Source: Octopus vulgaris (lineage: Eukaryota). From it: DNA of 64,000 nt. Positions 26,618-40,075 of the stretch are shown piece by piece. How positions within the stretch are numbered: position 1 is the stretch's first letter; each line of letters opens with the position of its first letter. The translations under genes were made by a program, and so were the position numbers. The stretch lies in contig OX597821.1 of NCBI GenBank assembly GCA_951406725.2, positions 1,922,001 through 1,986,000 on the forward strand, given 5' to 3'. Under the pieces are notes generated by a model. It searched no databases and had not been told where the DNA came from. It saw nothing but the letters and a program-made list of their open reading frames with translations.

Positions 26618-29229
26618 TATACATATATATACATACATATATATATATATATAGAGAGAGAGAGAATTCACGAAAAGAACAAAAGACGAAAACAGATGGT
26701 GTAGAGAACAAACAGATGTATTAGTTTGACGCTCGGGCTGGTGAGAAAGTATTTTACGTTTTGAGCCTACGCTCTTCAACTCAAAAGAATGCGAGGGAAT
26801 AAACAGAGAGAGAATAAAAAAGAAAAAAAACTTTTGGATTTAGCGGTCATTGAACATAAAAAACAACTGTACTGAACTGACATTTATTCACCCTCTGTCA
26901 TTTTTTCTTTACTGACAAAGGGATTCGCGACACGTTGGATTTCCTAGATTATGTCAGACACCGTGTGATCTACAAAACGCACGATTTGGACCAGCCCCTA
27001 GGTGTTAAATACTCGTAGCGGTGGATTTTCTTTCTCTGTGCTCAGCTTAAATATCTCACTGGATTACTTCAGTATCCAGTATATTTTTTTGGACTAAAGG
27101 TGATGCTTTCAGATTGAATGAACCAAACCTGGTGCATACCATATAAGTGCCCGATTCTCTCGAGCAATTATATGTTATTGACAGTACTTACCACTCCACA
27201 AATGCGTCTGACATTCTGTATAGCTGCTGCTTGAAAGGTGGTAAAGTTTCGTCTCCTTCTGAGATATAGTGTGTTTTCAAACACAACGCGTGCTTAAGAG
27301 ATGTTAGGTTCAGGCGGATATCGATGTAGATGTCTGTTCCAATGATGCATCTACGTCATGTATAATACATAGAGTGCTACAGATATATAATGTCTTAAAT
27401 TATATTCATGTAATGCATTAATTGTTTAAATAAATTTTAAGACGAATATGTTACAATGAGTCGAACCACCCTTGGCAATAAAATCATGATCTTAGCATCA
27501 AAACACATTGAAGCAGGAATGTTTTGAGGGAACCCATAAAGAAATATGACCAAGAACTGTGATGAACACTACATTATATGATATTGCGTCGATACTCTGA
27601 ATAATGTAGGAAGAACTGAAAACTTATTTTTTCACCTCGGGTAAACATGGTTTTGGTATTACAAGTAGCGGCTTCCAACACTTGAACATCTTATGTAAAA
27701 TTTGACCATGAGGATAAGAGTATCTCTGAAAATGTTGTCCAGCAACTGTTAATATTTCCTTTTAAGATTTATTGATTGACATATCATACTCAGGCTTAGT
27801 GGATACTAACGTCATTTGAATCAGCAGCGGACATTCGTTGGTATGAGTTTGAATATTGAATATAACCGCATCCTTTCCTTTGATTCCCCTATTGAGAATA
27901 GTAGTCTCGATGTCTCGATAACTTGTGATATAAACATTTAAATAATAAGTTTGTGCCAATTAAATATCAGCGACTTATCGAAATTACGCAGAAGCATTTT
28001 GAGAGGGCCTTGTTTTTAACTGAAATCTATGTGTCGTTAAAACTGAAATTTCATAGGAATTCATATATTCTGCATTACAGTGAAATACTTTTGCCTAATC
28101 CACAATAGTGATCATTGATTTCTAGGTATAGCTATTTCCAACAAGAGCTTGCAACAGCTGCAAATTGTTGCTATTTGTCATAACATACTTTGGCGCATTT
28201 GTAGATCTTTTGCATATCCAATTTTGTATTAGTTAATGATATTACATTTTAGAGAACAGAAGGTGCTTATCAGCAAATAGTTGAAACCTGATATTTAGAG
28301 TGGTTTCGTAGATTATATCTCTGGGGTAAAGATATGCCGATTTAAGGCAAGTCCCCAAAGAAGGCTCCTTGTTTTCATCAACGACAATTTTAATATCCAC
28401 AGTGCGCTGCAGAACCAAAGCATACTTGAAACTTTCGTAATAGATATTATTTGCATGTGCTGTCTCATCCTATCTCTCCTCTTCTTTTTATTTCATATTC
28501 TTTCCATTTCCTTTTCTCTCATTTTTGAATATATTTCTATATTTTCTTGCATTCGCATTAAATGCTGATCACTTGTAGTTACAGAACCGCTTGCAACGCT
28601 CTTCTAGCTAGTTATATATATTTATTTAAAATCATATTTCTTCAATTTTCTAAAACTTCACGATTGCTCCTTTTCATAGTGTACAGATAAAATAAAATAA
28701 GGATGCTTTATTTGGTCACGACAGTTATATATGCCAATATTAAACATTCCATGAAAGTGACTACGTGAAATATTGATAGTATAAGCTGTATGTCATTGCG
28801 AACAATAAAAATGTATAGAAAATTCCTTCTCTCTGTCTTTCTATTCTGAGCATACAATACTGCTTTTCACAGATTATATCTCGTCACGTTTGCTATCAAA
28901 AGTCGGTGCTACTCTCTTATGCGATCTAAGTAGCCAACGTAATCTACAAGAGTCAAATTCTACACTTTTCGTTTATTTATTAAGGCTTAAATAAAACATT
29001 CTTACATTTTTGCACATTTATTAAAAAAAATTAAAATGAAGCAGATTTGAAACAAGTTTACTAATTTTATGGGAAAATTGAACGAACAAGTGAATCGAGC
29101 AAGAAAATTCAAAAATAGAGAATTAAAACTTTTATACATTTTATACAATTATCATTAACACTTATGCTTCATACTTTCTAACCAGAATTCTCTCGAAACT
29201 GATACAGGTGTTTTCTTTTTTCTTGATAA

Positions 29230-30541
29230 GTATAAATTTTCTTGTTGCAGATCACAATATAAAGTGTAGATCGCATACCAAAGTAGTTTCATCATTCGTA
29301 GATACCATACCAAAGTAGCATCTAAAAACAAGTTGTTGGTCCAATGGAAATCTATAATCATCGGTATTACTGACCGAATTCACAATTGAAATATTCCGTG
29401 ATTTAATTGAACTAATTTAACGTCGAAAAGGTTTGTCCTTTTTCTTATAACCCTAGTTGCACATGCTAACTAGACAGGCTGCCGTCTTCCTGACGGACTC
29501 CGTAATCTAGGAGAAAATTTATTTGATAAATTATGTGAACCAGCACTAATGAATATTGGAACTGTATTAAGATTTCGACTCACAAGTCAACTTGTCAAAC
29601 GCTTGAAAGAGAGAGACATTAAAAATAAAAGATTTTGTTTAGATTAGGTGCAAGCGTTTTCAGTGTTCTGAACAGAGTAAATTCCCGATGCTAGTATTCC
29701 TATTTAAACCACAAAACTCGCTACAGATGATATATTCCCTAAATATTAATACAAAATATCAATATCTCACAGATAATGTCAACTTCCCCAAGAGATTCGT
29801 AAATAAAAAAATATCTAATGCAAACAATTTGGTGCAAACGCCTATAACTTTCTGAAATATACACATGTTCAATAAATTTTGCAGAGATATGTTTCTATAA
29901 AGCAGATTGTAAGTATGTTGATAAAATTTAGAAAAGAAATAACATATATCTATTGCACAAATGCAAGTGATAAATGTATTTTATTCAATTTTATTTTAAG
30001 GTAATAAATAGTGTTCCTTCAAAACTGGTATTCCATTCATCATCTTGTATTAGCCCCATGAAATTTGATTAAAATGAAATTATAATTATTGTATGTGTGT
30101 CATACTTCCTGATATTATTCATGTTGGTAATGTATACATTTCCACATTTACTCCGTTATACACAAGTAAATATATAAGTCTCATATAAGAACTGAAACGA
30201 AATAGTTCCTTATCTCACAGTAGATCATAACGCAGGAAGAATGTACAGTGAATTATATTTTCGGATTTAACAGTGCCATCAGATGGAAATCAAACTGGAA
30301 ACCACATTGAATATAAAATATGGAGAGATTATTGATAGAATATTCCAACATACTATCGTACCTAAAAGCAAATAGAAAAATTGTGGCAAATTAGAATAAC
30401 GAGTTTTACCAAGAAAAACGAGACAGCAATGGATATGATGAGTCGCTATATAAACCAATCCATTTGCCCGATAAATAATGTTAGCAGCCATTTCCTATTC
30501 GCAATAAGAATAATAATTGCGTAATATATTACGTTTAGCAT
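29230..30541 (-). pseudogene. Possible highly decayed intronless class A GPCR pseudogene
   Basis: Frame-hopping translation gives YAIIILIA/IGNG (TM1-like), LIISIAVSFFLV (TM2-like), GTIVC, FHLMAL and later hydrophobic segments. There are many stops and no DRY or NPxxY. Confidence 0.25.
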
Positions 30542-32242
30542 TTCTCAAATGAAATGCCTTTTTATGATGGAAGTAATTGAATTCAAACTGCACTTAAAAC
30601 TCGTCTAACGAAGCTTTGACACAGTCGTCTTAATTATTATTGATATAATAGTTATTACTGCGATGCTACAACACCAATGCCTTCCTCACAGATAATAGGA
30701 GAGTAATTGAAATAAATGTATAAGAAGCGAATTCACAATTAATCCGCCAGGATTAACATGTATTCTAAGAAAAAAATGGTGCTTTCACATAACACGAAAC
30801 CAAGATTTTTATATCAGGAAGTAGAAAAATAAAATGTGTGACTCTTAGACTTTTATCTTGAAAACTAGAGGCATAATTGAAATAATTTCAGTAGATAATG
30901 CCAAAAGCATTTCCTCTTCATTCTTACCTGTTGTATCATCCCACGACATCACTGATATCAAGTCAAACACCTTCAACATTGCTGCTCTGTGCTAGAAATA
31001 CCAGTAAAATGTCCTGCATGTCATACTGCGACTTTTGATGAATTGGAATAAATATTTTAGACGGCATAATTTTCGATGCGTCGGAATGATTGGAACTGGC
31101 TGAAATGTTAACTGATCACACGTATGAGTTAGGTCAAGATGGTCACAACAATAACAAGAGCAACCATTGCATCACCAACAACAATATCAACGAAAACAAC
31201 AACACTAACAACAACACCAACAACAACGACAACAATTATTGCAATATGAACATCAGTATTAATATGGATTTGCTATCCTGGTTTAAGGGTCGCAAATTCA
31301 TCAGGAACGGATAATATAGACTACTGAACTGAATCAACAGTACATGTTTAGAATAATGAAAGTCGATCGAGTCCTGAGGGATTTTAACAGAAAATGAAGC
31401 AAAACACTAGAAGACATTCATTTATTTCGGCGCCTTTCCGTGGCAACCATTTTACCACCATTTCCATCGACTCCGCATTCATACATTTACAATCCCTAGT
31501 TTCCTTCTATCTCGTCCCTCCCTCTTTCTCTCTCTCTCTCTCTCACTGTCTCCCAATCCGACTTCCTCTGTATCTCTCGACGCTGAAATACAAAGCCTGA
31601 ATGCATTGAAAATATAAATGAAAGGAAAAAAAAGAGAAAGAAGAATATTTCAATGCTTATAACATGTTTCCTATTAGATTACAAAATTCCTTTTCACGGT
31701 TAAATACACTATTTATAGCGAGCAAATCACTGAAAATAAAGACAAACGTAGTTGTTTTATTTATTTTTCTATCATTCAACTTGTTGGCATAATGTCTCCA
31801 GATACAACAGTTGCCTTACTTCCCATATTTATTCATATCCCAATTTTCACCTCATAGAATATAAAACCATTTAAATCTAGTAACCATCTTTCTCCCCCCG
31901 CTACAAATATATATATACATATATATGTGTGTATGCGTTGCCTGGTCTATGTATGTGAGTGCATCCTTATACACACACACACACACACATACGCACACAC
32001 ACACACACATACGCACATATATATAAGCGTATATTAAGAATTGATTGATAAATGGGCAGATTTTCCTTCGATTCCCTTAAACTTTTTGATATTATTATCT
32101 TATTGAAATATTACCAATTAAATATATTCCACTATTATTATGATCTAATTCCATTTTAATATATAAATGTATATGTATAAATGTAAATGAACATATTCAT
32201 ATATATGTGTATATGTAAACATAAATATACATATATGTATTT

Positions 32243-32305
32243 ATGTATGTATGTATGTATGTATGTATGTATGTATGTATGTATGTATGTATGTATGTAT
32301 GTATG

Positions 32306-32369
<64 letters not shown>

Positions 32370-32480
32370 CATACACATACGTATATATGCATACACATAT
32401 ATACACATACACATATATACACATACGTATATATGCATTCATACACACATATACACATACGTATATATGCATATACCTTA
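32243..32480. repeat. Compound microsatellite (TATG)n(TCTA)n(TA)n
   Basis: Read directly from the sequence. Confidence 0.95.
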
Positions 32481-33000
32481 TACATATTGAATGTTTTCGT
32501 ATAATTTCTATATGTATTATTTATACACTCTCCTCTCGGATTTTATAAGATTTTTAAATATATATGTTTTTCTTTCAACGCATTCTTTACGATTGCATCA
32601 ATGTATCTTCGTAACCCTTCACTCAGGTTTCCATCTCATATATTTCTGCATATTCTTATTCCAAATTCCACCTATATTTCTCTATATCAATAATCGCATT
32701 ACCTGATTTGTCTATAATCAGATAGACTACAATTATTATATTCTTATCCGTTTTCCAGTCATTTGCTATTCTGCTATAATTTCTTTTAAATCGGTTATGG
32801 AATGTAATATTTTTGACTTTAACCGTGTTTATTATAGCACCATTTTGTTTATAACATTCACGACTGATTTGAAGGTTTTAAAATAATATTGATATATCTC
32901 ATTCACATTAACAGACAAGCATCACTACGCACTTGCATACAAACATATATTCTTGCACATACACATTTACACAGCTGTGCATACACAAAGACCGGCATGT

Positions 33001-33040
<40 letters not shown>

Positions 33041-33112
33041 TCACTTAACACAATTGGATATGTACATACAAACATACAGAATCTATTGTTTGTTTATCGC
33101 GGTAACATATAT

Positions 33113-33193
<81 letters not shown>

Positions 33194-33374
33194 TATATAT
33201 ATGTATTTTTGTGTGCAATTTCTAAGACCTATTCGTACACAAATATACACACTCTTACGCGCAAATACCTATATACAATTCAGAAGTGCACATATACACA
33301 TATACACATATACGTATGTTAGAACTATTCATACGTACATAATTTTGTCTTCTAACGGCTCTCAATATTTAATT

Positions 33375-33402
33375 ATATATATATATATCTAAATGTCTAT
33401 CG

Positions 33403-33468
<66 letters not shown>

Positions 33469-33479
33469 GTGTGTGTATC

Positions 33480-33536
<57 letters not shown>

Positions 33537-33543
33537 GTGTGAA

Positions 33544-33588
<45 letters not shown>

Positions 33589-33619
33589 GTATTTGTATGT
33601 ATACATATATGTATACATG

Positions 33620-33652
<33 letters not shown>

Positions 33653-33790
33653 GTATGTGTATATATGTGTGTGTGTACATTTATGTATTTGTGTGTATTT
33701 GTGTGTTTGTGCATGTGTGTATATGTGTGTATTTGTGTGTTTGTGCATGTGTGTATATGTGTGTGTGCTTGTATGTATGTATGGATGGAT
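33375..33790. repeat. Compound microsatellite (TCTA/TA/TC/TG)
   Basis: Read directly from the sequence. Confidence 0.95.
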
Positions 33791-34384
33791 TACGACAACG
33801 AATGTAAATGAAACACATAATTACATAAGAAAATATTCATGTATTCACTAAGCAAGATGTGTAAATTTACGAATTAGCATATCAAACCCCTCCCCTGCCA
33901 ATTCCCACCGTCTTTATTGTAATATAATAATAAAGCCTTCATTGGGCGCAAACAGAATAAAAGGCTTCCACAGTTTATTTCTCCGATAATTTAAGTACCG
34001 AATTTAGTGAATGAATGGAATTTTAACCAATGTTAACTAAGTTATAACTTCCGTGGTTAGGAAGCCATACTTCTTTTGTTTAGAATTATCAAGTATAACT
34101 AAACTTTGTTGTGGTTATATTTAATTAAATTGAACCAAAACTGACAGATATGATTATGTGTTTTGGATGTTGTCTTCGAGGAAACGTGGCTTCATGGTTT
34201 CTTTCTTTTGCTCGACATCTTAAGCCAATCTTTGACGTGCAAATCTTTCTCAGTGAAATTGGCATTGCACCTATTCAGTAGAACCTCCATAAGCCCTTCC
34301 ATACTTTTTCATATTTGTGGAGAAGTCATGAAGTCCAACGTTCAAATATTTCACCGGCTCATTTTATTTTCATATCTTTTGAAA

Positions 34385-34705
34385 GAAGTCCGTCGTGGCA
34401 AGGACGATGTACTGCAATAGCTTGGGTTTCAAGGGCCCACAGCTGTTTAACTGTCTGCCGAAGCATCTGAGGAGACTCCATGGAGTTAATGTAGACGTTT
34501 TCAAACGTGAACTTGACCTCTGGCTCTCCGAGATCCCGGATGAGCCAATATCTAAGCAAGAAACTCAAAAGAGGGCAGCAGCATCGAACTCCATCTTTCA
34601 CCAGAAGCCGCTCCGACAAAGGTGGAAACTGGAAAGATGATTACAATGGCGGTGCTCCAGCATGGCCACAGTCATTGGACTGAAACATATAAGAGAATAA
34701 GAGAA
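34385..34705 (+). mobile_element. CR1-group LINE 3' end fragment
   Basis: YCNSLGFKGPQLFNCLPKHLRRLHGVNVDVFKRELDLWLSEIPDEP...AASNSI is homologous to the 56459 ORF and is followed by the GGCGGTGCTCCAGCATGGCC tail. Confidence 0.88.
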
Positions 34706-34730
34706 TATATATATATAAATACATACACAC

Positions 34731-34815
<85 letters not shown>

Positions 34816-34818
<3 letters not shown>

Positions 34819-35238
34819 TAATCTGTCTGACCGATTAAAATATTCTATTTATTTACGCAGCTGAGAATAGACCTCCATTTAAATTGATGTAATGATTGCA
34901 TTGTTCAATTGAATGGAGCCGCTTGGAACGATTGTACTGCATCACCTCTGGATCTCCAGTTGCTTATATATATATATACGCATGTATCAGAGGGAAACCA
35001 CTATGTCGACACCCCTATGTTAGAAATAGATCCGCTACCTTATTACCACTAATTTAATTGAACAACGCAATCATTACATCAATCTAAATGCAGGGCTATT
35101 CTCAGCTGCGTAAATAAATAGAATATTTTAATCGGTCAGACAGATTAACATCTGTCTTCAGAACATCTCTTAGTGGTAAGACCATAGTGGATCTCTTTCT
35201 AGCATAAGGGTGTCCACATAGTGGTTTCCCTCTCATAC
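34816..35238. repeat. Two interleaved inverted repeat pairs
   Basis: Pairs at 34816-34910 / 35056-35150 and 34983-35052 / 35170-35238. Confidence 0.88.
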
Positions 35239-35365
35239 GTGTATAATACAATTTTACTGAACCTTCAGGTTTTTTATATGCTAGACCACTGGTGTGAAAT
35301 CGATGTTAATTAAATTAGTATCTAATTTCTCACCCTCATTTTAAATATATATATATATATTTATA

Positions 35366-35780
35366 GGCGCAGGCGTGGCTGTGTGGTAAGTAGCTTGTTT
35401 ACCAACCACATGGTTCCGGGTTCAGTCCCACTGCGTGGCACCTTGGGCAAGTGTCTTCTACTATAGCCTCGGGCCGACCAAAGCCTTGTGAGTGGATTTG
35501 GTAGACGGAAACTGAAAGAAGCCCGTCGTATATATGTATATATATATGTATACGTGTCTATGTTTGTGTGTCTGTGTTTGTCCTCCTAGCATTGCTTGAC
35601 AGCCGATGCTGGTGTGTTTATGTCCCCGTAACTTAGCGGTTCGGCAAAAGAGACCGATAGAATAAGTAGTTGGCTTACAAAAGAATAAGTCCCGGGGTCG
35701 AGTTGCTCGATTAAAGGCGGTGCTCCAGCATGGCCGCAGTCAAATGACTGAAACAAGTAAAAGAGTAAAGTGTAAAAGAG
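35366..35780 (+). mobile_element. SINE family A, full-length reference copy
   Basis: GGCGCAGGCGTGGCTGTGTGGTAAG A-box, GGTTCAGTCCC B-box-like, CCTTGGGCAAG, an internal TA/TG microsatellite and a LINE-like tail ending (TAAAAGAG)n. Confidence 0.93.
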
Positions 35781-35798
35781 CATATATTTAAAATATTT

Positions 35799-35842
<44 letters not shown>

Positions 35843-35874
35843 TATATATATTTAAAATGAGGGTGAGAAATTAG

Positions 35875-35943
<69 letters not shown>

Positions 35944-36237
35944 GTAGTGTGTAGTGTAAAAACATTACGGAGGATATATTATAAATAATTAAGATTATTT
36001 ATGAATATATCAATGGTCAAACATGTTATCATAAAATATCAAGAAGAAAAATGTTTATAATAAGGAAAAAGTCGCAATTATAACTAAGAGGGTTAAAAAA
36101 ATACCCTAACAAACTAAGAATAGCAGCCAAAACCGCTATGAAGCCATTATAGCACTCATATTATTTCTCATCACGGTAAAAGCTTTCTTCGCGCGATATG
36201 GCAAAATAGAATCCACAACTTGAAAATAACTGGTTAA

Positions 36238-36299
36238 TTCCCTATTGCAATTTCGACGTTAGGGACCTCTTAAGGGACCCATTCGTCTCGCCAGGGGAA
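36238..36299 (-). ncRNA. Minimal type-I hammerhead motif (core CUGGCGA, A6>G)
   Basis: Minus strand reads UUCCC-CUGGCGA-GACG...CGUC-GAAA-UUGCAA-UA-GGGAA. Confidence 0.7.
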
Positions 36300-36608
36300 A
36301 TATTCCTACAGATAGAAATCAAAAGAAGACTTTACTTTGGGGCTAGCATGAAGTTCGACCGGCAATAGAAGCAAATAAAAGAATAAAAGAATAGCTGGAA
36401 TTCGTAAGATATTGCTTTTAATTCTTGTTCGTTATTTTATCTAGATAAGGGTGGAAAGCCACAAACTGTATTAACACGCAGAAAGTCGTGGAAATTATAT
36501 ATTAAATCAGCTGATTTAAATTCTTGACTCATTTCAGTCGCTTGTTTTCATGTTCACTCGCTCTGTGCGTGCAATTTGGCAAGGTTCTTCTAACTTAGTG
36601 TGGAGTAT

Positions 36609-36860
36609 GAGACGTTTCGGCATAGCCCTTTTGCTGTAGCTTATTTGGCGACGGTGATTCGATGCTGACTTATTTAGCATCCAACGTCCTGATGTGTCTC
36701 TCGTTCTACCCCTCCTTTCTATTCCTCCCTTTGTCTGTCTCAATGTGTTGAGCATCTATTAATGTTTGTATGTGTAATAACTCACACTATCTTTAGATGT
36801 ATTTTTCTGTGCCTTCCGCCGCAAAAATACACTCACCAAGCAGCGTAAATGTCCAGTCAC
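36609..36860. mobile_element. MITE-like element, same family as 57683-58062
   Basis: GAGACGTTTCGGCATAGCC...TATTTGGCGACGGTGATTCGATGCTGAC matches the reverse complement of 57990-58062. The right end is uncertain. Confidence 0.55.
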
Positions 36861-37839
36861 TCGTGTGAAGTTAGCAACATCGAAACCAAAGACTTGCAAT
36901 AAAACATAGATTCCTCTTAAATTTACATGATTCAACGTTCGCTTTCGCACCACCTCCCGGCCCTTGGACGTGGATAACTTTCATGAAATGTTCATCTCGT
37001 TTTTTGCCTGTGATTTAACATCTCTATAAGGAACCAAGGTACTTCATTTTCTCCTTTCTGTTTAAGTTGTAAATGAAAACGCACACTAGTATTTTCATTA
37101 TTTTATTTTCTAGCTTGGTCAACTGACCTGATTGTTTTACTGTTTAGGACCTCCAATAATTCCCCATCAGTGGGTGGTGTTGGGTGAAGAGAAATGGGGC
37201 AAACTTTTGCAACAGACTGACTTCCACTGATGACACAAAAATGTGAGCGAGTTTATCCTATTATGAATAGGAAATCTAAAAATGAGGGAAAAAGCAGTTT
37301 TCCTCCTCTGGCAATATTTTGATTTATTCCACAGCTAAAGGAGCCAATTACTGCAGGATAGTAACTATCCAGATTCTAGCAGTTTGCACTATATAATTGA
37401 TGTGTTGTTAAATGACTGTTGCGTGTGAAAAATATATAGAATGAAGAACGCAGGTTAAAATAGTAATCTTTTCAAAGTGTAATGCTCGTTTCCGATTTTC
37501 ATAATCGTGTCAATATTTTATACCTAGTCAAAATAGCAGTTGAAAATTCGGGTCCTCAAGATACCCAAGATACCTGAGCTCCCATCAGTTTTTGACCTCT
37601 ACGAACTTCAGATTATTTCCAATAGGGGCAGTAGCTTCAAAGAATGTTCCAGAAACAGAGAACCATTGATGTATGAAATTAAATCATGTATTGTTATCCA
37701 ACGAAATAGAAGCTGTGCATCACCTAAGCTAAATAAATTACAATAGAACTTCTACGGTTCTATATTAAATAGATGAGAAATTATATACATTATTTACATT
37801 ATTTACATTCAACGGATATTTGTCTTCATCTTTGTTGTT

Positions 37840-37885
37840 AACACAACGTTTCGGCTGATATACCCTCCAGCCTTCTTCAGGTACC
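37840..37885 (-). ncRNA. Minimal type-I hammerhead motif (left copy)
   Basis: Minus strand reads GGUAC-CUGAAGA-a-GGCUG(gaggguauau)CAGCC-GAAA-CG-UU-GUGUU. Confidence 0.7.
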
Positions 37886-37933
37886 TTAGGCGAATTTCGA
37901 ACCTGGGTTCTTATTCCTAAGGCATTTTCGATG

Positions 37934-37971
<38 letters not shown>

Positions 37972-38080
37972 GCTTGAAATCGAACTCAGAATCTTGAGGT
38001 TAGTAGTCCGCGCTCTTAACCCCAAGATTCCGAGTTCGATTCCAAGCAGTAACCTCAACAACAACAACAATAAAAATAAA

Positions 38081-38218
<138 letters not shown>

Positions 38219-38271
38219 GAAACATCGAAAAATACCTTAGGAATGAGAACGCAGGTTCGAAATTTCCCCAA

Positions 38272-38317
38272 GACACCTGAAGAAGGCGGGAGGGTATATC
38301 AGCCGAAACGTTGTGTT
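38272..38317 (+). ncRNA. Minimal type-I hammerhead motif (right copy)
   Basis: GACAC-CUGAAGA-a-GGCgG...CaGCC-GAAA-CG-UU-GUGUU, with palindromic AACGUU at stem III. Confidence 0.7.
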
Positions 38318-38579
38318 AACAACAAGCAAGATGAGGACAAATATCCGCCGAATGTAAATAATATATATAATGTAAAAAATATGAATAGAACTTCTCTTCG
38401 AATCAGGAAAGCTGAATCAGATTCCTTGATTTACGCCGCTTTCTGTAAGTCACTCATGTTGTTTCCACCCTATACCTAACACTACAGGACCCCGTGGCGT
38501 CCTATAGTTTTACTGTTGCAATCCAGACATTCACAGGGACTACGCTGTTGTTGCCCTAGCTGTTAGACATCCTTAGGAA

Positions 38580-38631
38580 ATATTCCTCCAGCAATAGGAC
38601 AAAATTCCTCCAGTAACAGGACAAAATTCCT
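38580..38631 (+). repeat. 21-bp tandem repeat, about 2.5 copies
   Basis: ATTCCTCCAG(C/T)AA(T/C)AGGACAAA repeated. Confidence 0.85.
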
Positions 38632-39763
38632 TAACGTTAATAGATACTGCAACAACAGATACAACTACAGAAATACAGTATGAAGAGTGGAACACATTTT
38701 ATCATAGTGCTGCAGACTCAGGATGAGCTAGGTCTAAAAAGTAGAAACAACATCTAGCATAGATACATTACGAAGCAGATAAATTAAAAATACATAATTG
38801 TAAGCTAAATAAAATAGAAAAAATATTGCTTCAGTTGTTTTAAGACGTGTGACTTAGCAACAAGCCGTAATGTACATATATGCGAGCGTTGGTAGCGCAA
38901 TATATCTGCAGAAGAAATTTCCAGTCTGACTGTATCACATTACGTATTTATGAGCAAAGAAAAACCAATTTACAGAGTGTTGTAAAGGAAGAATGGATTA
39001 TGTAGTCATTTGATAAGTCCGGCTTTCTTCAGTTTATTTGGTTCCCAGAGAAGCCAGAATCTTGAATGTATGCCACATCGACAAATGCTGAGATACACTT
39101 AAATTACGACAAATCACAATGTGATGTTTAAGCGTGCAGCTCATATGTTATGAAGGAACACTGAGCGCCCATACGCGGGCTATTCTATTGGGGGATACTA
39201 CTTACATATCCCACATTTAATTAGTGTTCATGTTCTGGGTCGACAATGAAAAGTTTGAGATTTCGCATGAGAGGAAGGAACTCCAGTTGGTCAGTTGTAT
39301 AAGTTTCATTTCCGTGCCTTTTTGCTCTTCAGAATAAATTGTTTTTGGAGAAGATGAGATGAAAGCACACACATTATTGCCCTCACTCATTCGCACTCAC
39401 AAACACACCCTCCACACACCTGATCACGCACAAGATCAATGTGTGTATATATATATATATGTGAGTGTGTGTGTATATATAAATACACACACGCACGAAT
39501 ACATATATATGCGTATGTTATACATACGTGTCTATATGTGTGTGAATGTTACATTGTTATTCCGAGACAAATCAACACATTTCAGAACTGAGATATAAAA
39601 ACATTCAAAAGAATCAAATATGTAGCTATGAAGGCAGATCAATGAACTGTTATTTTAAACAAATAGTCCATGAAATACAATAAAATACATACATTGTCGT
39701 ACTAAAATATATGCATGAATGTGTGTGTGTCGGTAATGTACATACATATGTGTGTATGTATGT

Positions 39764-39812
<49 letters not shown>

Positions 39813-40007
39813 CGTACATGCATACATACATACATAGGCGCCCTCTCAAGTACGAATCTGAAAACTAGAATAAGCATTGTATTTATATATTATTACAAAT
39901 GCTTGTATATATGAACATACTTATATGCATTGATAGACATATATGTATGTATGTATGTAGGCATATATATATTGTATAGACTTGTATGTTACACACACAT
40001 ATATATA

Positions 40008-40075
<68 letters not shown>

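Noticed and set aside
37222-37250. CTGATGA-CAC...GTG as a hammerhead
   Set aside because: No GAAA follows the stem.
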